NCBI RefSeq assembly: GCF_000195855.1 | Contig: NC_002677.1 | Coordinates: forward strand, 60,001 to 92,000 | Direction: 5' to 3' | Length of the DNA stretch: 32,000 bases | Source: Mycobacterium leprae TN | Lineage (GTDB): Bacteria; Actinomycetota; Actinomycetes; Mycobacteriales; Mycobacteriaceae | Shown here: positions 1 through 10,587 of the stretch, one piece after another | Layout of the letters: each line of letters starts with the position of its first letter | How positions within the stretch are numbered: the first letter of the stretch is position 1 | Notes under the pieces: generated by a model | The model's database searches: none | What the model was told of the DNA's origin: nothing | What the model saw: the letters and a program-made list of their open reading frames with translations, nothing else | Translations under genes and position numbers: made by a program

Positions 1-1315
1 AGTCCTCTCCGCTCAGGGCGTGTTGGGCTGTGCTGTATTCCGCTGCGGGGAGAACTTCAAGATTGACTGCATTTACGCTGGTGTGCGTGCGGATATCGTT
101 GTAGGACTTCACATCTTTGTCTGCCAGCAGATCAGCGATGTTTGCTTCCGAAAAACGTCCCGCTCGGTCGGCGAGGTTTCCGCAGCTGGTATCTGCGTCA
201 ACTACCAGAATCCGGTCGTTACGCACCCGAGCGAACATCGAGCCCAAAGTAACCGTCACGGTCGTCTTACCGGCCCCGCCTTTGAGGCCCAAGATCCCGA
301 TCTGATACGAACCGCGGGGCGGTCGACGTACCCGCGTGCGCAAATCCAGCTCGTAGCGCTCGTCTGGTGACAGGCCCAGGTTTATCCGCGTCACGGTATG
401 GACCCAATGCCGCCACCCTCGTTTAGCCACCACCTTGCTCGGCTTTTTGGCCCCGGTGCTCCGTCCTGTCTGCACGCCGATTGCGGATGTCGCAGTCGAA
501 TCGTGCAGTGCGGTACGGTGACTTACCAGGCCATCAGGTCTGGTAAGATGTTGTGTCGGAGCCGGCTCTGCTGCGGCGTGGGGCGCCTGCCGCAGTTCAG
601 CTGTCCTCGCGCGCGGCGCGATCATAGGCTCAGTTGCTGATGCCGGGTTGGCCTGTTGGGTTTCGTCGCGATGGTGGTGACCCCGGCGAGCGTGTCGTGA
701 ATGTTGGTTCGCAGATGGACGCGGCGCTTCAGGCGGACTGCTCATTGGCCTCGGAAGCAAAGATGGTTTGGGTGTAGCCGGAGGCTGTGCTTCGAATTCA
801 GCAAGAGAAGGTTCAGGCGAGGTGACCGGCGTTCGCTGGGATCCGTCGATTGGCGTCATCGGCATTGGCGTTGCAGGTTTGGCCGGGGAAGGCTCGTTGA
901 TCGGTATCGGGACCGATGGGGGCTCGGCTTTAGCAAATTGATGTTCGGGTGCCTCCGCGGGTGGCCATTGCGGAGGTTCGCTGATTGGCATTAACGATGC
1001 TGCTGGCGAACGGGGAGGGGCGCTAACTGGCATAGGGGCCCGCGGAGATTCGGATGAGGCCGGCGGGGGTTGCACCGAGCTGCCGATGGGCATCGGGGGC
1101 AGAGGAGATTTGGATGCAGCCGGGGGGTTCGGCGGCAGCTGCTCTGACCAATCCGGCATTGGGGACGCAACTTCACCATTGGGCGTCGTAGTACAGGTTG
1201 GTATGATGGGTGGCGGATATAGTGGAGCATCGTCGAATAACTGCTCCGCTGCCTGATCTGGCGATGCGTAGGCACCATCGTCAAGCCGAAAGAGTTTGTC
1301 ATAATCGGCCGCCAT
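1..1315 (-). CDS. espI: EspI-like ESX-1 protein: proline-rich N-terminus plus ParA/MinD-like ATPase domain (C-terminus truncated by left window edge)
   Basis: Manual reverse-strand translation from ATG at 1315-1313 is open to the window edge: MAADYDKLFRLDDGAYASPDQAAEQLFDD... then Pro-rich ..PMPIG..PMPVS..PMPIS.. then KRGWRHWVHTVTRINLGLSPDERYELDLRTRVRRPPRGSYQIGILGLKGGAGKTTVTVTLGSMFARVRNDRILVVDAD... (deviant Walker A GLKGGAGKTT). Located immediately downstream of esxA. Not in the supplied ORF track because it is open-ended. Confidence 0.95.
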   Translation of the reverse strand, partial: MAADYDKLFRLDDGAYASPDQAAEQLFDDAPLYPPPIIPTCTTTPNGEVASPMPDWSEQLPPNPPAASKSPLPPMPIGSSVQPPPASSESPRAPMPVSAPPRSPAASLMPISEPPQWPPAEAPEHQFAKAEPPSVPIPINEPSPAKPATPMPMTPIDGSQRTPVTSPEPSLAEFEAQPPATPKPSLLPRPMSSPPEAPRPSANQHSRHARRGHHHRDETQQANPASATEPMIAPRARTAELRQAPHAAAEPAPTQHLTRPDGLVSHRTALHDSTATSAIGVQTGRSTGAKKPSKVVAKRGWRHWVHTVTRINLGLSPDERYELDLRTRVRRPPRGSYQIGILGLKGGAGKTTVTVTLGSMFARVRNDRILVVDADTSCGNLADRAGRFSEANIADLLADKDVKSYNDIRTHTSVNAVNLEVLPAAEYSTAQHALSGED

Positions 1316-1405
1316 GAGAGCCTTTCAGATGTGTGGTCCAGTACACACGAGAAAAGGGCGAGATCCCTTGAAGTAGAGCCCGCCCCGATCTCGTGCGTGG
1401 GTATT

Positions 1406-1693
1406 CTACCCGGTGAACATACTCATGACGCCTGCCTCGGTCTGTTGCATCGTTTCAGCCGAGTGATTGATTGCTTGCACCAGGTCGCCCAGTGCATGGT
1501 TTATTCCCTCGGTGTTCTGGTTGAAACGTCGTTGGACTGACGAATAGGACTCGTTACCGGAACCATGCCACGAGCTCTGCAGCTTTGTGAGCGATTCTTG
1601 GCATTGCTCGAGCAACGCATCGATTCTGCTCTGGCTTCCTTGCAGTTCGTTGACGGCACCCTGTAGGGCAGGAAAGTGCCACGCCTGTATCAT
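1406..1693 (-). CDS. esxA: ESAT-6 (EsxA), WXG100 family
   Basis: 95 aa ORF MIQAWHFPALQGAVNELQGSQSRIDALLEQCQESLTKLQSSWHGSGNESYSSVQRRF...; central W-x-G (SWHG), size and synteny with esxB. Confidence 0.97.
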   Translation of the reverse strand: MIQAWHFPALQGAVNELQGSQSRIDALLEQCQESLTKLQSSWHGSGNESYSSVQRRFNQNTEGINHALGDLVQAINHSAETMQQTEAGVMSMFTG

Positions 1694-1719
1694 CTCATGC
1701 TCCGTTCTTGGTGATTGGA

Positions 1720-2022
1720 TCAGAAGTTCATCTTCGAGGACAACAATTGGTTTGCTTCATCGTCGGTCTTGGTGTAGTTGCCGCCGGACCGGTTCAGCTT
1801 ATCGACGATGCTTTCCAGCTGTCTGATCTGGTCTTGCATGGCTTCGTCGAAGCGCCCCAACGCACCAAGGGCTGCCGAGGCGGCCTGGCCCTCCCAGGTG
1901 TTCTGAAAGCTCTGTCCGATGCTGTCAACAAAGTTCCGTTCTTGGCTGAGGCCGGACGCAATTTGATCGAACTGTGCTGCCTGCTGGGTGAGGATCGCGG
2001 CCTCGGTGATCATTTCTGCCAT
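1720..2022 (-). CDS. esxB: CFP-10 (EsxB), WXG100 family
   Basis: MAEMITEAAILTQQAAQFDQIASGLSQERNFVDSIGQSFQNTWEGQAASAALGALGRFDEAM..., 100 aa, WEG motif. ORF track start at 2115 adds 31 non-homologous residues; the family start is the internal ATG at 2022. Confidence 0.96.
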   Translation of the reverse strand: MAEMITEAAILTQQAAQFDQIASGLSQERNFVDSIGQSFQNTWEGQAASAALGALGRFDEAMQDQIRQLESIVDKLNRSGGNYTKTDDEANQLLSSKMNF

Positions 2023-2200
2023 GTTGGTTCTACTCTCTTTCTTGCTGTTACTCGCCAGATGCTGGCAAGTCTTTCCGGCCCGGGCGCCGGGAAGTTTGTG
2101 ATTTTGGGTGTTCACCAGTTGTGCTGGTCGTCATCCCAGTCCTCTCAATCGTTCTCGTTGGGCATCCCGAACTGTTGTGCTGGTGGCTTACCAGAGCTGT

Positions 2201-3109
2201 TCAGGTCGTTCCACCGTCTTGGGCGTTGTGCCCCGGAGAGCCTGCCGCCCACGGGGGCAGCATCACCCGTTGCCGAGGCTCCGGCGCAATCGACTTATCG
2301 ATCAACTGGAACTGGGTCATCAGCGGTGTCCACGCCAACGACCCGCTCGCACTGGGCAGCGACTCCGCGCACAGCAGTCTTGTGTCGGTGGTTGTGCCCG
2401 TTATACCGACCAAAGGATGGCTGGATAGTGTACTGGCACCAAAAAGACCAATGCGATGGGCGCTTTCCGTGTCGCCGCGTTGGGCACTCGTGTAAACGCC
2501 AGTGCTATCTATAGAGGTGAAGAGTGACTTCACCTGCTGCATCGGGCGAGCAAGCTCCGCGACCTGCCCAACCGTTTGCTGCAGCACCTGGGTTGAAGGC
2601 AGGGCAGCGGAAAATCCGGATATCATCTGCGTGAATTGGTTCACCTGGGACGTTAGGGCTGATGGCGGGGAGTAGCTCGACGGATTAAGGATCGCGGCCA
2701 TTGGCTCAAGCTTTTGGAAAGCCGTGTTCAGCAGGGTTTCCGCCTGGTAGGAGTTCATTGCTAAGGCGGTCTGGGTTCGCATGCAAATGAAATCGCCCGC
2801 TTCCGTAAAGGCGATTGGCGCCATATTGATGCCAAAGAAGTTGATGGTGGCAAGGATTGCCTGGGTGATGTGGTTTTCGGTAATCACGGCCATTCCCGGC
2901 GTGCTTGCCATTGCTTGCCTGTGCGCTTCGGCCTGCGTGGTTGTCTGCTCTGCAGCGGATTGCAGCCAGGTAATCATGGGCTTGGCAGCCGCAATCGGCG
3001 CCACCGCTGCTTGCTCTGGTTCACACTTCGCTGAGGGAGCTGGGGTGTGCCAATAATTCGGCGGACACTCGCTCGGGACTGATGCGGGCCACAACATCGG
3101 CCAAGTCAT
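2201..3109 (-). CDS. ppe68: PPE68-like protein lacking most of the canonical PPE N-terminal domain, with out-of-frame acidic C-terminus
   Basis: 302 aa ORF; middle region ITENHITQAILATINFFGINMAPIAFTEAGDF...AMNSYQAETLLNTAFQKLEPMAAIL and MGLFGAS/HPL..LRAESLPSASGSL..TPLM are PPE68-like; lies between eccCb1 and esxB as expected. N-terminus MTWPMLWPASVPSECPPNYW... has no usual MxPPE...W start. May be functional only in part. Confidence 0.8.
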   Translation of the reverse strand: MTWPMLWPASVPSECPPNYWHTPAPSAKCEPEQAAVAPIAAAKPMITWLQSAAEQTTTQAEAHRQAMASTPGMAVITENHITQAILATINFFGINMAPIAFTEAGDFICMRTQTALAMNSYQAETLLNTAFQKLEPMAAILNPSSYSPPSALTSQVNQFTQMISGFSAALPSTQVLQQTVGQVAELARPMQQVKSLFTSIDSTGVYTSAQRGDTESAHRIGLFGASTLSSHPLVGITGTTTDTRLLCAESLPSASGSLAWTPLMTQFQLIDKSIAPEPRQRVMLPPWAAGSPGHNAQDGGTT

Positions 3110-3318
3110 GTTGTCAGCTCCCTACTGTCTGCAATGTATTGATGTTTTGTCGGGTCAAACTGCGACACCGCAACCATGTCAGCGCGACTGTTGACTCGCG
3201 AATAGACATGAGCGACATGGAATGTATCTCCCCGAAAAAACAGTCCAATAGTTCGCCGTGTCCCCGTTTTGGTGTGGTTGTCGGTGGCCAGTTTCCTCCG
3301 TTGGGTAATGAAATTATC

Positions 3319-5112
3319 TTAACTGCTTGCTGGTGGTACTGCGAACACTTCTTTTGGAGGATCGACTTCTGGAGGATCGACGTAGACCGCCTGGATAACC
3401 TCTTTGGCCTCCGGTGAGACCATAAATGCCTGGCCAGGAGGCCGTCGCTTGACCTTGATCTCGGAGGAGGGGAATTCCTGCTTGTCACCAGAAAGGAAGA
3501 TGGTCGGAGCTCCCGCCCCGAATGCACTGCCGACGAACTTGTCCATAGTTGCTTTGTATGCCTGGCTCATCAAACAGGTGACAAGAATATGCAACCCGAT
3601 ATCCGGAGCCGCTGGCAATAACGGGGCGAGTGGGCCCATGGGCGGTGCACTGCCGGCCGCGCTGACGATCATGTGCCAATCGTCGACTAGCAGCACCACA
3701 TCAAATCCGCTCCACCACGATCGCGACCGCACCTGTGCGGTTGTCAGGTCAGCCGGTGGCAACCTTTTCTTCAGGTTAGTCGTCAGGGCTCGGATGGCCT
3801 CGTCCAAGCTTGCACTGTTGCGGTTGATCGCACCCGCGTCGAGTAGGTGGCTGTCCGGTACTGCGTCCAGCAAACTCGACCTGTAGTCGGCGAGCATGAA
3901 CCGCACTTGTTTCGGACTGTTCCGAGCACAGATGGCTCGCGCGATCGCATGCACGATGCGTGTCTTACCCGATTTGGAGTTCCCGAAGATCAGTAAGTGC
4001 GGATTCGAACTCATGTGAGCGTAGGCCACCGACAGATCGGTTTCGCGTACTCCGACAGGAATCGTCCAGCGGGTGCGGTAGTCGGAATCCGGTCCGGGCG
4101 GGTTCGGGTCGATCTCTTGCAGGTATACTTGCGACGGCAGAACCCGAACCCTGGGTGCTTGTTCAGTGGTTTTAGCTGCGATTTGCGCCACCCCGGCTGT
4201 CATCGCGTCCACCAGGTCGTCGGCGCTGTGCGCGCCGTCGAACCTAGGCACCCCCATCATCAGGTGGTGCTTCTCAACCGAAATGGCTCGGCCCGGACGA
4301 TTTGCCGGGATATCCCGAGCAATGCGGTCGATCTGAGTGTCGTTGACGTCGCCGAGTCGGAATTCGATCTTGGTGCCCAAGTAGTCACGAACGCGCGACC
4401 GCAGTTCTGTCCAGCGTGGTGTGGTGATCACCGTGTGGACGCCGAACGAAAGCCCCTGTGCGGCTAGATCCTGGACCGCCGCTTCGAGGTCGGGAAACTC
4501 ACTGGTAAATGCTGACCAACCGTCGATGATTAGAAATACATCGCCGAACGGGTCGGCCGCGACGGGATGGCTGCGGTTCGTGCGCAGTTGCCGATACGCT
4601 GCCATCGAGCCGACCCGGTTTTCTTTGAAGGTGATTTCTCGTTGACGCATAACGGCTTGCGCCTCGGCGATCACTCGGTTAATTCGGTCGGGCTCTGATC
4701 GGTTCGCTACCCCGCCGACGTGCGGCAGGTTTTCCAGGTAGATCAGCCCGCCACCACCGAGATCGATGCAGTAGAACTGGACGTCCCGCGGTGAGTGCGT
4801 GGCAGCCGCTGACATCACCATGGTCTGCAGAAGGGTTGTCTTCCCGGTTTGCGGCGCGCCCCCGATGCCAATGTTGCCGCCCGCCCCGGAAAGATCAACG
4901 CCCCAGATGTCCTGGCGGTGCCGCCGCGGCTCATCCATGATGCCCAACGCAAAGTGCAGCGGATGTCTGTTGCTGTCACGCTCTATGAGTTCATTCAGTG
5001 GTAACGGATCGAGCAGCGGTGGCAACCACATCTTGTATGCAAGGGATTCACCGGTGCCGAGTTGCTCGAGTACTACCTCGCGAAGCGCGCGTACTTCCGG
5101 TTCGGCAGTCAT
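3319..5112 (-). CDS. eccCb1: ESX-1 FtsK/SpoIIIE-type ATPase subunit EccCb1
   Basis: 597 aa; two P-loops ([24 protein letters not shown]), [21 protein letters not shown]; adjacent to eccCa1. Confidence 0.96.
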   Translation of the reverse strand: MTAEPEVRALREVVLEQLGTGESLAYKMWLPPLLDPLPLNELIERDSNRHPLHFALGIMDEPRRHRQDIWGVDLSGAGGNIGIGGAPQTGKTTLLQTMVMSAAATHSPRDVQFYCIDLGGGGLIYLENLPHVGGVANRSEPDRINRVIAEAQAVMRQREITFKENRVGSMAAYRQLRTNRSHPVAADPFGDVFLIIDGWSAFTSEFPDLEAAVQDLAAQGLSFGVHTVITTPRWTELRSRVRDYLGTKIEFRLGDVNDTQIDRIARDIPANRPGRAISVEKHHLMMGVPRFDGAHSADDLVDAMTAGVAQIAAKTTEQAPRVRVLPSQVYLQEIDPNPPGPDSDYRTRWTIPVGVRETDLSVAYAHMSSNPHLLIFGNSKSGKTRIVHAIARAICARNSPKQVRFMLADYRSSLLDAVPDSHLLDAGAINRNSASLDEAIRALTTNLKKRLPPADLTTAQVRSRSWWSGFDVVLLVDDWHMIVSAAGSAPPMGPLAPLLPAAPDIGLHILVTCLMSQAYKATMDKFVGSAFGAGAPTIFLSGDKQEFPSSEIKVKRRPPGQAFMVSPEAKEVIQAVYVDPPEVDPPKEVFAVPPASS

Positions 5113-5185
5113 TGGCGCCGTTACTCCCCCATCGCTTCGCCTACCGCAAACAGGTGGTGCCCCACTGCATCGTAGCTAGCGTGGA

Positions 5186-7420
5186 TCATGACGTTGTCGT
5201 CGATTCGAGGATTGGAGCGGCGGTGAATTCGTAGATATGCACCTTTTTCCGGCTAGCCCACGGACTGGACGGACTACTGTCACCGTTGGTTTCCGTTGCG
5301 ATCGCCGGAACGAAGGGGATACCGGTGTACAGGGAACTGAACTTGACGGGGTCCTCCATGCCAATCCGGAGAAATCCGACGCCGCTTTCCTTGTTGGTGA
5401 TGTACTGCGCTTCTGGGGTTCCGATCACCGCCTTGGACTCTGCCGAGCTGGTGGTGCGCAGCGCGATGCGGTAGGTCAGGTTGGGTTCTAGTTTGTCGAT
5501 GCGCACCCCGCCAGTTTGCAGCGACTGGGTGGCCAGCAACAGATGCACGCGTAGTGACCTCCCGACGCGGCAAATCCGGTCGAACAGTCCGATGAAGTCG
5601 GGGTGACTTTGCAGCAACTCGGCGAACTCGTCTACGACGACGAAAAGTGTTGGTAGCGGTGCTAGGTTGGCGCCTCGCTCCCGGTACTTCTCGTATTCGG
5701 CCACCCCGGAGAGCGCGCCAGCCGCGCCGACTAGGGTGCCGGCTTGTCGAAGGATGTTCTGGCGTCGGTCAAGTTCGCCGGTCAACACTTCACCCATTCG
5801 GCTTACCAGTTCGGCTTCCTCGGCCATGTTTGTGACGACAGCAGCGGTGTGTGGAAGCTTCTCCATTCCCAGGAATGTAGAACCGCCTTTGAAGTCGGTA
5901 AGCAAGAGGTTCACCTGGTTCGGGTGTGTCATTGCGACCAATGACAAGATCAGGGTACGAAGGAATTCAGATTTTCCTGATCCCGTGGTCCCGATCAGCA
6001 TGCCGTGCGGTCCGCCGCCGAACTCGGCGCCTTCCTTGATATCCAGGTACATGATATTGCCGGTCTTGAATTCGTGCCCAAAAGGGATCTTGAGGCGGTC
6101 CCGGTCATTGTCGGTATACATCCGCCAGCGGCTCGGTAGCACCTCTTCGACAGTGTTGGCACCAACTAGCTGGTGCCATTCGGTCGCCACTTTCTTCTGT
6201 ACGCGCGACGTTTTATCGAGGATGGTGCCGGTGATCGACCATCCGGCTAACTTCCGAGCGATACGGGTGGCTTCTGCCTTAGAGAGGTGGTCGACGGTCG
6301 AAGTCACTTGACGGAAACTTTGGCCAGGCAATCGGTCGTCGGCGGTCCCGTTCTTGTTGACTCTAATGCGGTAGGTCGAGCTGCGGTGATTGCCGAGCGT
6401 GATCACTGTGACACCAGCTCTGCCGTCGGGCGGGAAACCCGCCTTGCCACCGGTCAGATCCACGAGGATGACGTAGGGGCCACCGGGCAGCGAATCGGGT
6501 GCATGCGGACCGCGCGACATCAGATCGGCCAGACTGTCACTGCGGGTGAAGATCATTCGGGCCGCCCCGGCGGCGTCGGTTTCCGTCGGGTGCTGAATGT
6601 GCGGCAGCCATTTCAGCCAGGACCAGTTGGGATCGTCGGGTTTCTCGGTGAGAACCCGAATTTGCAGCAGGTCCGGCGGATGGAACACGGCCAGGTGACA
6701 GATCATCGCGGTCAGTAATCCGCCCGCCCCAGCCGTGTCTCCGCCGACAGCGATTGTCGGAAATGTACGCATTTGCAGCAGTTTCGGGCAGTCGTGCACC
6801 AGCCCGTGGGTCCGCAAAAATTTGACTACCCACATGTGGCTGACCGGTTCCAGGAACGGCTGAGGCGCTGCACCGCTCGCTGTCAGTTCCCCGCCGACGG
6901 CTGGTTTCAGCAATCGATCCACAGCGGGTTGGTCGCCGACACCGATGCGGGTAGCTGCGTAGAAGTCGGCGTTCGCTGGCCGGGACCACTGCCGCTGTGT
7001 GCCTACGATCGACAGCAGATCTTGGGGGTGGGGCGCGTGATAACTGAAGAACGCCACCTGCGAAGCGGCCGAGGATGTCACCCGAGCGCGTAGTCCGGCC
7101 AGATAGCGCAAGTATTCCTTACGGTCGGCGTTGATCTCAGGAACCTTTTTACCACCACCCCCCCCACCACTGCCGCCGGCCATCATCATGACCATCATGA
7201 TTGGCATCATCAGCATGTACGGCGAGAGTTGCTTGGTGCCGCCAAGCACCATGATCGCGATCATGCCGACTATGCAACCGACCATCACATAGGGAAGAAT
7301 CTTCTGTATACCCGATGGTGGGATCTCAAGACCGAGGTCATCGGGCGGCGTGATGTTGATCTCGCCCGGTGTCAATCGCGGTCCGCGGGTGATAGTCGGG
7401 GTGAACTTTTTCGTCGTCAT
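5186..7420 (-). CDS. eccCa1: ESX-1 FtsK/SpoIIIE-type membrane ATPase subunit EccCa1
   Basis: 744 aa; N-terminal TM helices, Walker [15 protein letters not shown], Walker B-like [13 protein letters not shown]. Confidence 0.96.
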   Translation of the reverse strand: MTTKKFTPTITRGPRLTPGEINITPPDDLGLEIPPSGIQKILPYVMVGCIVGMIAIMVLGGTKQLSPYMLMMPIMMVMMMAGGSGGGGGGKKVPEINADRKEYLRYLAGLRARVTSSAASQVAFFSYHAPHPQDLLSIVGTQRQWSRPANADFYAATRIGVGDQPAVDRLLKPAVGGELTASGAAPQPFLEPVSHMWVVKFLRTHGLVHDCPKLLQMRTFPTIAVGGDTAGAGGLLTAMICHLAVFHPPDLLQIRVLTEKPDDPNWSWLKWLPHIQHPTETDAAGAARMIFTRSDSLADLMSRGPHAPDSLPGGPYVILVDLTGGKAGFPPDGRAGVTVITLGNHRSSTYRIRVNKNGTADDRLPGQSFRQVTSTVDHLSKAEATRIARKLAGWSITGTILDKTSRVQKKVATEWHQLVGANTVEEVLPSRWRMYTDNDRDRLKIPFGHEFKTGNIMYLDIKEGAEFGGGPHGMLIGTTGSGKSEFLRTLILSLVAMTHPNQVNLLLTDFKGGSTFLGMEKLPHTAAVVTNMAEEAELVSRMGEVLTGELDRRQNILRQAGTLVGAAGALSGVAEYEKYRERGANLAPLPTLFVVVDEFAELLQSHPDFIGLFDRICRVGRSLRVHLLLATQSLQTGGVRIDKLEPNLTYRIALRTTSSAESKAVIGTPEAQYITNKESGVGFLRIGMEDPVKFSSLYTGIPFVPAIATETNGDSSPSSPWASRKKVHIYEFTAAPILESTTTS

Positions 7421-8862
7421 GGCCTCACTCCAGAGTAGCCGGCTGGTACTTTCCGTGGGCTTGGGTCCGCGATCAGCGTATCGTGCTCTAACAGAGCTGC
7501 GTCTCTGGAGAGCACAGGCCCCTCCACCAGAAGACGAACGATCACCCAGGGCGCTGTCTGCGGTGAAGCGAGGCCCAGCGCCTTCACCGCCTCCGAGTTC
7601 GCCAGGCCGTAACGTACTCCCTCCGGATCAACGTAGTACAGGGATTCACTGTACCGGGGGTCTGGAGACTGTAGCGCCACGTATCTGCCACCATCAATAT
7701 AGACGGTTGCTGTCCCACGGATCTGTTTTATACCTGTGCTCATGGCTGACGGCTGTAGTGGCAGATGCTGACCAATCAACATGGTTCTCTTCGGCGCCTG
7801 ATCACTGGCTTTGCGTTCCCATGCCCAACACAGCGTTGGGTAGTCGTCCCGGGCCACCATCTTGAGTGGTTCATCGGGCAGTGGCGAGTCGTAGACCCGT
7901 TCGGGAATCTGGACGACCACGTTTGGTACCAGTGATGGAGGCGCTACCAGTCCATGCGACTGGGTAGCGCGCAACGCATCAGCGGTGGTGGCATTCACCT
8001 GGGCGATGCCGTCGGAGAGTACCACGTAGTACTGTGGGCTCTTTTCCATTTGGATTTGGAACACCGACCCAATTACGAGGTCTGGGGATAACCCCAGCGA
8101 ATTAGGTGCTCCAGTGTCAGGAATCGTCGGCAGCTCCCACCTGCCGACGTCGGGTAGTGCGTTGAACAGGCCCTCAGAGAGTGGGGTTGGCTTAACGTTT
8201 ACCGATATTCCTATGGCCGAGGTTAGGGCCCGGTCGGCCAGATCGATGGAGTGCCGCCCTTTTGAGTTAACTAGCCACGTTTTGTCCCGGTATGACGCCA
8301 GTAGCGCTTCGTTCGGTTGCAATGGATTTATCGCAGGGTCGATCTGTAGTGATCGAGCTATAACCGAAGTCTGCACCGCCGGCGATTCGCTCTCGATCTT
8401 GGCGACGGTGTCGCACAAGGTCCAGGTTGACGAGGAATCCCCTGAAACAGGCGTGGCGTAGGGTGCACCAGGGATTCCGATGGTCTGACCTATAGGCAGC
8501 TTGGTCAATTCGCTGGACTTCACGGCAGCTGGGTTAGCCGGTTTGCCCAGCGCCAGTCGCGCCGAGGTCAAGTTGTACACTGGATACAGATGCCCGGACA
8601 AGAGCACGTAGAGCTGATTGGTTGCCCGATCGGTCAGAAGGGTGCTGGCACCTAGCTTGCCCTGTGGTTTGAAGTACGCCAGCAGGACGGCGCCTATCAG
8701 GAGCGCAACCGCAACAACGATGCCAAGGGCGATCGAGCGACTGTAGAACTGCAGCGGGTCGTCGAACATCCGAGTGTCGCGCCGCACGATGGCATGCTCA
8801 ACCCTGCGAAGCAGGAAGCGCCAGCCGCTGACCTGAACCTTGGTGGTCAGGCGAAGCCCCAT
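7417..8862 (-). CDS. eccB1: ESX-1 membrane core component EccB1
   Basis: 481 aa; [37 protein letters not shown], single N-terminal TM, EccB-type repeats; 4-nt overlap with eccCa1. Confidence 0.96.
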   Translation of the reverse strand: MGLRLTTKVQVSGWRFLLRRVEHAIVRRDTRMFDDPLQFYSRSIALGIVVAVALLIGAVLLAYFKPQGKLGASTLLTDRATNQLYVLLSGHLYPVYNLTSARLALGKPANPAAVKSSELTKLPIGQTIGIPGAPYATPVSGDSSSTWTLCDTVAKIESESPAVQTSVIARSLQIDPAINPLQPNEALLASYRDKTWLVNSKGRHSIDLADRALTSAIGISVNVKPTPLSEGLFNALPDVGRWELPTIPDTGAPNSLGLSPDLVIGSVFQIQMEKSPQYYVVLSDGIAQVNATTADALRATQSHGLVAPPSLVPNVVVQIPERVYDSPLPDEPLKMVARDDYPTLCWAWERKASDQAPKRTMLIGQHLPLQPSAMSTGIKQIRGTATVYIDGGRYVALQSPDPRYSESLYYVDPEGVRYGLANSEAVKALGLASPQTAPWVIVRLLVEGPVLSRDAALLEHDTLIADPSPRKVPAGYSGVRP

Positions 8863-8865
8863 GGT

Positions 8866-10587
8866 TCACTCTCTTATGTTGAGGTGTGCGTGCACCGTGG
8901 CGATCGCCTCGGCCATGTCTGAGCCGTTGATCTCCTGCAGTCGGTCCACATCCAGTTGCTCGATGTCGACACCCCGAGCCAGCCGCATGTCACGACACTG
9001 TTCAGCGGCTTCCACCAATTGTCGCGCGTAGCGACCGTTGCCGGCAACGTCGAGGGCGGGTCTGCCGCGCAAAGTCCGCTGGGCTAACTGCTTAGCCGCT
9101 TCCAGCAGATTCTTGCTCGCTTCTGCACTCAACGATGAATCGGCATCAGTTGCAATGACTTTCGCGATTTCGAGAAGCTCATCAGGGGAATAGGTATCGA
9201 ATTCGATTCGAGTCGCGAAGCGCGATCGCAGACCTTCGTTGGTTTCCAGAAGCCGATCGATATCGGAGCTGTAGCCGGCGATGATCACCACCAGTCGATC
9301 GCGGTCGTTTTCCATCCGCGCCAGCAGGGTGTCCAGCGCCTCTTGTCCGAACGGATCGGTGCGCCCGTCCCGTTCCTGCACCAGTGCGTAGGCTTCGTCG
9401 ATGAATAACACGCCGCCGAGGGCAAGATCGATTGTCTTGGCGGCTTTGACTGCTGACTGTCCTTCGTATTCGGCGACGAAATCTTTGCGTGACGTTTCGA
9501 CCAGCTTTGGTTCCGAGATGACACCCAATCCGGCCAGAATATTGGCCACCACCCGCGCGATAGTAGTCTTGCCGGTACCGGGTGGCCCAGTGAAAATCAT
9601 GTGTTTGCTTGGCTGCGCCACTTTCATGCCTTTGGCAGCGCGAACCTTCGCCATCATCGTTGCGGCCCGGTACCTCTCTATCTGGGTTTTAACCCTGGTG
9701 AGCCCAATCTGCCTGTCCAGCTCGGCCTGCGCCTGGGTGAGCAGTCTGTCTCGATCGGAGTTGTCGGTAACCACACTGCTCGGATCCCACGGGTCCGCGC
9801 GGGCGGCGATCTGTTCGGCAGTCGTTGTCGTCAGGCGATAGGACGGATCCTTTAGCGCCGCAGACACTTTACTTTCCGGGTGGGTGGTCTGCAACCATTC
9901 CAGCAGCGCCACCGCAGCGTCTTCATTGCCCTGGCTGCGCCGTGCCATTGCTAGATACCAAGCGATGGAGCGTGCACACGCTTCGCCGGCCGGGGAGTCA
10001 TTCGCCTCGGTAAGTCGACGTTCGGCCTCGGTGAACAAACCGAGGTTGGCAGCTGCTACTCCATGTGCGACGCCAGCGGCGCCAGCTAGGAACTTGTCCG
10101 GCCATTTCCCGGCACCCTTGACTTCGTCGATCACGTCGGTCCATCGTTCGGCTGCGCCGTAGACCACCGCCTTGAGCCAGGCCACTAGATGTTCGGAGCC
10201 GGTGATCGAAGTGGCATCAATCGCTTCCATAGCGTCGGCGAAGTTACCTTGAGCCGCTTCGCACGCGGCGAAACCCATAGTGATAGCTAGCGGAGAAGTG
10301 ACCGGGTAAGTGATGTCGCCGTATAGCCCTCCGATGGGAACTCTGGCGTTGAGGGTGGTCATCGGGATCTGGACAGATCCCGACAACTGCCCGAAGTTCC
10401 TTCGCGAATACCAGGCACGAAACAGTGTCACTCGGTCGGTGTCGCCGCAGCGGATCCGGCCGATCCATGCGTCGCAGGCAGTCTCGTCGTAATTCGTGAT
10501 TTCGGTGAACAGCTCAAACGATCGCGCCTCCGACATGGGCAACATGCTGGCGGCGCTTTCGAATAGGCTGCCCAGGCGATCAATCAT
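8866..10587 (-). CDS. eccA1: ESX-1 AAA+ ATPase EccA1 (CbxX/CfqX family)
   Basis: 573 aa; TPR-like N-terminus, Walker A FTGPPGTGKTTIARV, Walker B GGVLFIDEAYAL, RGRPALDVAGNGRYARQLVE. Confidence 0.96.
   Translation of the reverse strand: MIDRLGSLFESAASMLPMSEARSFELFTEITNYDETACDAWIGRIRCGDTDRVTLFRAWYSRRNFGQLSGSVQIPMTTLNARVPIGGLYGDITYPVTSPLAITMGFAACEAAQGNFADAMEAIDATSITGSEHLVAWLKAVVYGAAERWTDVIDEVKGAGKWPDKFLAGAAGVAHGVAAANLGLFTEAERRLTEANDSPAGEACARSIAWYLAMARRSQGNEDAAVALLEWLQTTHPESKVSAALKDPSYRLTTTTAEQIAARADPWDPSSVVTDNSDRDRLLTQAQAELDRQIGLTRVKTQIERYRAATMMAKVRAAKGMKVAQPSKHMIFTGPPGTGKTTIARVVANILAGLGVISEPKLVETSRKDFVAEYEGQSAVKAAKTIDLALGGVLFIDEAYALVQERDGRTDPFGQEALDTLLARMENDRDRLVVIIAGYSSDIDRLLETNEGLRSRFATRIEFDTYSPDELLEIAKVIATDADSSLSAEASKNLLEAAKQLAQRTLRGRPALDVAGNGRYARQLVEAAEQCRDMRLARGVDIEQLDVDRLQEINGSDMAEAIATVHAHLNIRE

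Noticed and set aside
1708-2514. Plus-strand 268 aa ORF overlapping esxB and the PPE68 3' end
   Set aside because: Antisense to confidently identified esxB; translation lacks any domain and is explained by opposite-strand composition.
3404-10162. Numerous plus-strand ORFs across the ecc genes (3404..3886, 5667..6311, 6287..6718, 9401..9841 etc.)
   Set aside because: All are shadows of the minus-strand ESX-1 core genes, which carry clear ATPase motifs.
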